Source: Azolla caroliniana (taxonomy: Eukaryota > Plantae > Polypodiophyta). From it: 64,000 nt of DNA. Positions 63,801-64,000 of this stretch are shown here, piece by piece; position 1 is the first letter of the stretch, and each line of letters starts with the position of its first letter. The DNA lies in the NCBI GenBank assembly GCA_043228905.1, contig JBHGNT010000003.1, positions 12,524,001 to 12,588,000 of the forward strand, read 5' to 3'. The translations under genes and the position numbers were made by a program. The notes beneath the pieces were generated by a model, which saw only the letters and a program-made list of their open reading frames with translations, ran no database searches and was not told the origin of the DNA.

Positions 63801-64000
63801 TCCGCTCGTATCGCTTTCAGCTTCTTGCCGGATTCCCTTTCCACTCTCGCGTGGAGTTCTTTGAAGACGGACAACACTTGGTCCTTTGTCTTCAACGGCG
63901 CCGTCCACAGCTTCCGGCTGTGATCATCAATGAAAGTCACGAAGTACTGGGCTCCGCCATGTGACTTCGTTTCTACCTGACACACATCCGTGTGCACCAA
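60816..64000 (-). mobile_element. Young Ty1/copia, copy 3 (3' part; 3' LTR 61428-60816)
   Basis: PPT at about 61441-61431; LTR TGTTGGGATTTCGG...GTACGACA; runs off the window edge. Confidence 0.93.
61439..64000 (-). CDS. Uninterrupted IN-RT-RNase H portion of the copia polyprotein (partial)
   Basis: 853 codons with no stop; DDE integrase, YVDD and RNase H motifs intact. Confidence 0.92.
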   Translation of the reverse strand: MVHTDVCQVETKSHGGAQYFVTFIDDHSRKLWTAPLKTKDQVLSVFKELHARVERESGKKLKAIRADNGGEYRGQFQEYCRSKGIRLEFTVPKTPELNGLAERMNRTIMERVRSMLAHAKLPKGFWAEAMSTATYVINRSPSVPLDGDTPQKVWTGKEVSYRHLKVFGCLAYVHVAKDRRGKLDPKTRPCIFLGYGDDEFGYRVWDPVDKKIFRSRDIIFTEDKTLADWESEKKMKSSKSTGEDQLYEEQSRPARDRLTLEDPAEDSEETEPAEEDENDTGTGPDPEMDSDEEESEEPVTEAPERRYPLRERRAPRRFPEPEHVLLTDEGEPESFEEAKHDTQSRRWLSAMQDEMDSLHENHTYELVELPKGKRALRNKWVFKLKPGDAGNPPRYKARIVVKGFQQKKGVDFDEIFAPVVKMTSIRTVLSIAASMDLEVEQMDVKTAFLHGDLEEEIYMQQPEGFEKKGKEHLVCRLKKSLYGLKQAPRQWYRKFDSFMTDEGYHKTQSDHCVFVKKFEGGDSLILLLYVDDMLIVGRDQVKIRTLKKALHRTFSMKDLGPARQILGMHIIRDRKKKQLWLSQEKYVTKVLHRFNMSEARPVGSTLPGNCKLSSKQSPKTKAEKEDMTKVPYASAVGSLMYAMVCTRPDIGYAVGVVSRYMSNPGKEHWNAVKWILRYLKGTANVCLRFGSGKPEFDGFTDSDMSADADTSRSTSGYVMTYAGGAVSWQSRLQKTVALSTTEAEYMAAVEAGKEIIWMKDFIRELGIQQEEYQLYCDSQSAIHLAKNAAYHSRTKHIQRRYHWIRERIEDKEFVLTKVHTDENGSDMLTKVLTPDKLEACRKRIGLERHPMPK

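Overview
Eukaryotic, plant-type genomic DNA; most likely a non-seed land plant, inferred from a Tcn1-like chromovirus, Phygy/Athila-like gypsies and a Sola-like transposase remnant. The species cannot be identified from the sequence. One host gene is present: a 4-exon mitochondrial NAD-dependent isocitrate dehydrogenase regulatory subunit on the minus strand (55582-44573, 432 aa), whose 9.1-kb intron 2 is filled with retroelements. Nearly everything else is a nested transposon landscape: three young copies of one CCGG-rich Ty1/copia (Tnt1/Tork-like) family, several older copia relatives, solo LTRs, chromovirus and non-chromovirus Ty3/gypsy fragments, hAT-type MITEs and a 72-bp tandem array. 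The most unusual signals concern the copia family: (i) two young copies sit 55 and 56 bp inside the LTR of a related element, co-oriented; (ii) near-identical internal regions carry different LTR U5 segments between two conserved hairpins; (iii) two gag types and two pol types occur in all four combinations. Also notable are an aberrant integration footprint, a Tf1-style self-priming signature, a tRNA-Arg PBS facing opposite to its ORF and TATA, and a fold-back duplication of a dead chromovirus. All alignments and counts were done by eye, and lineage names come from motif recall rather than database searches.
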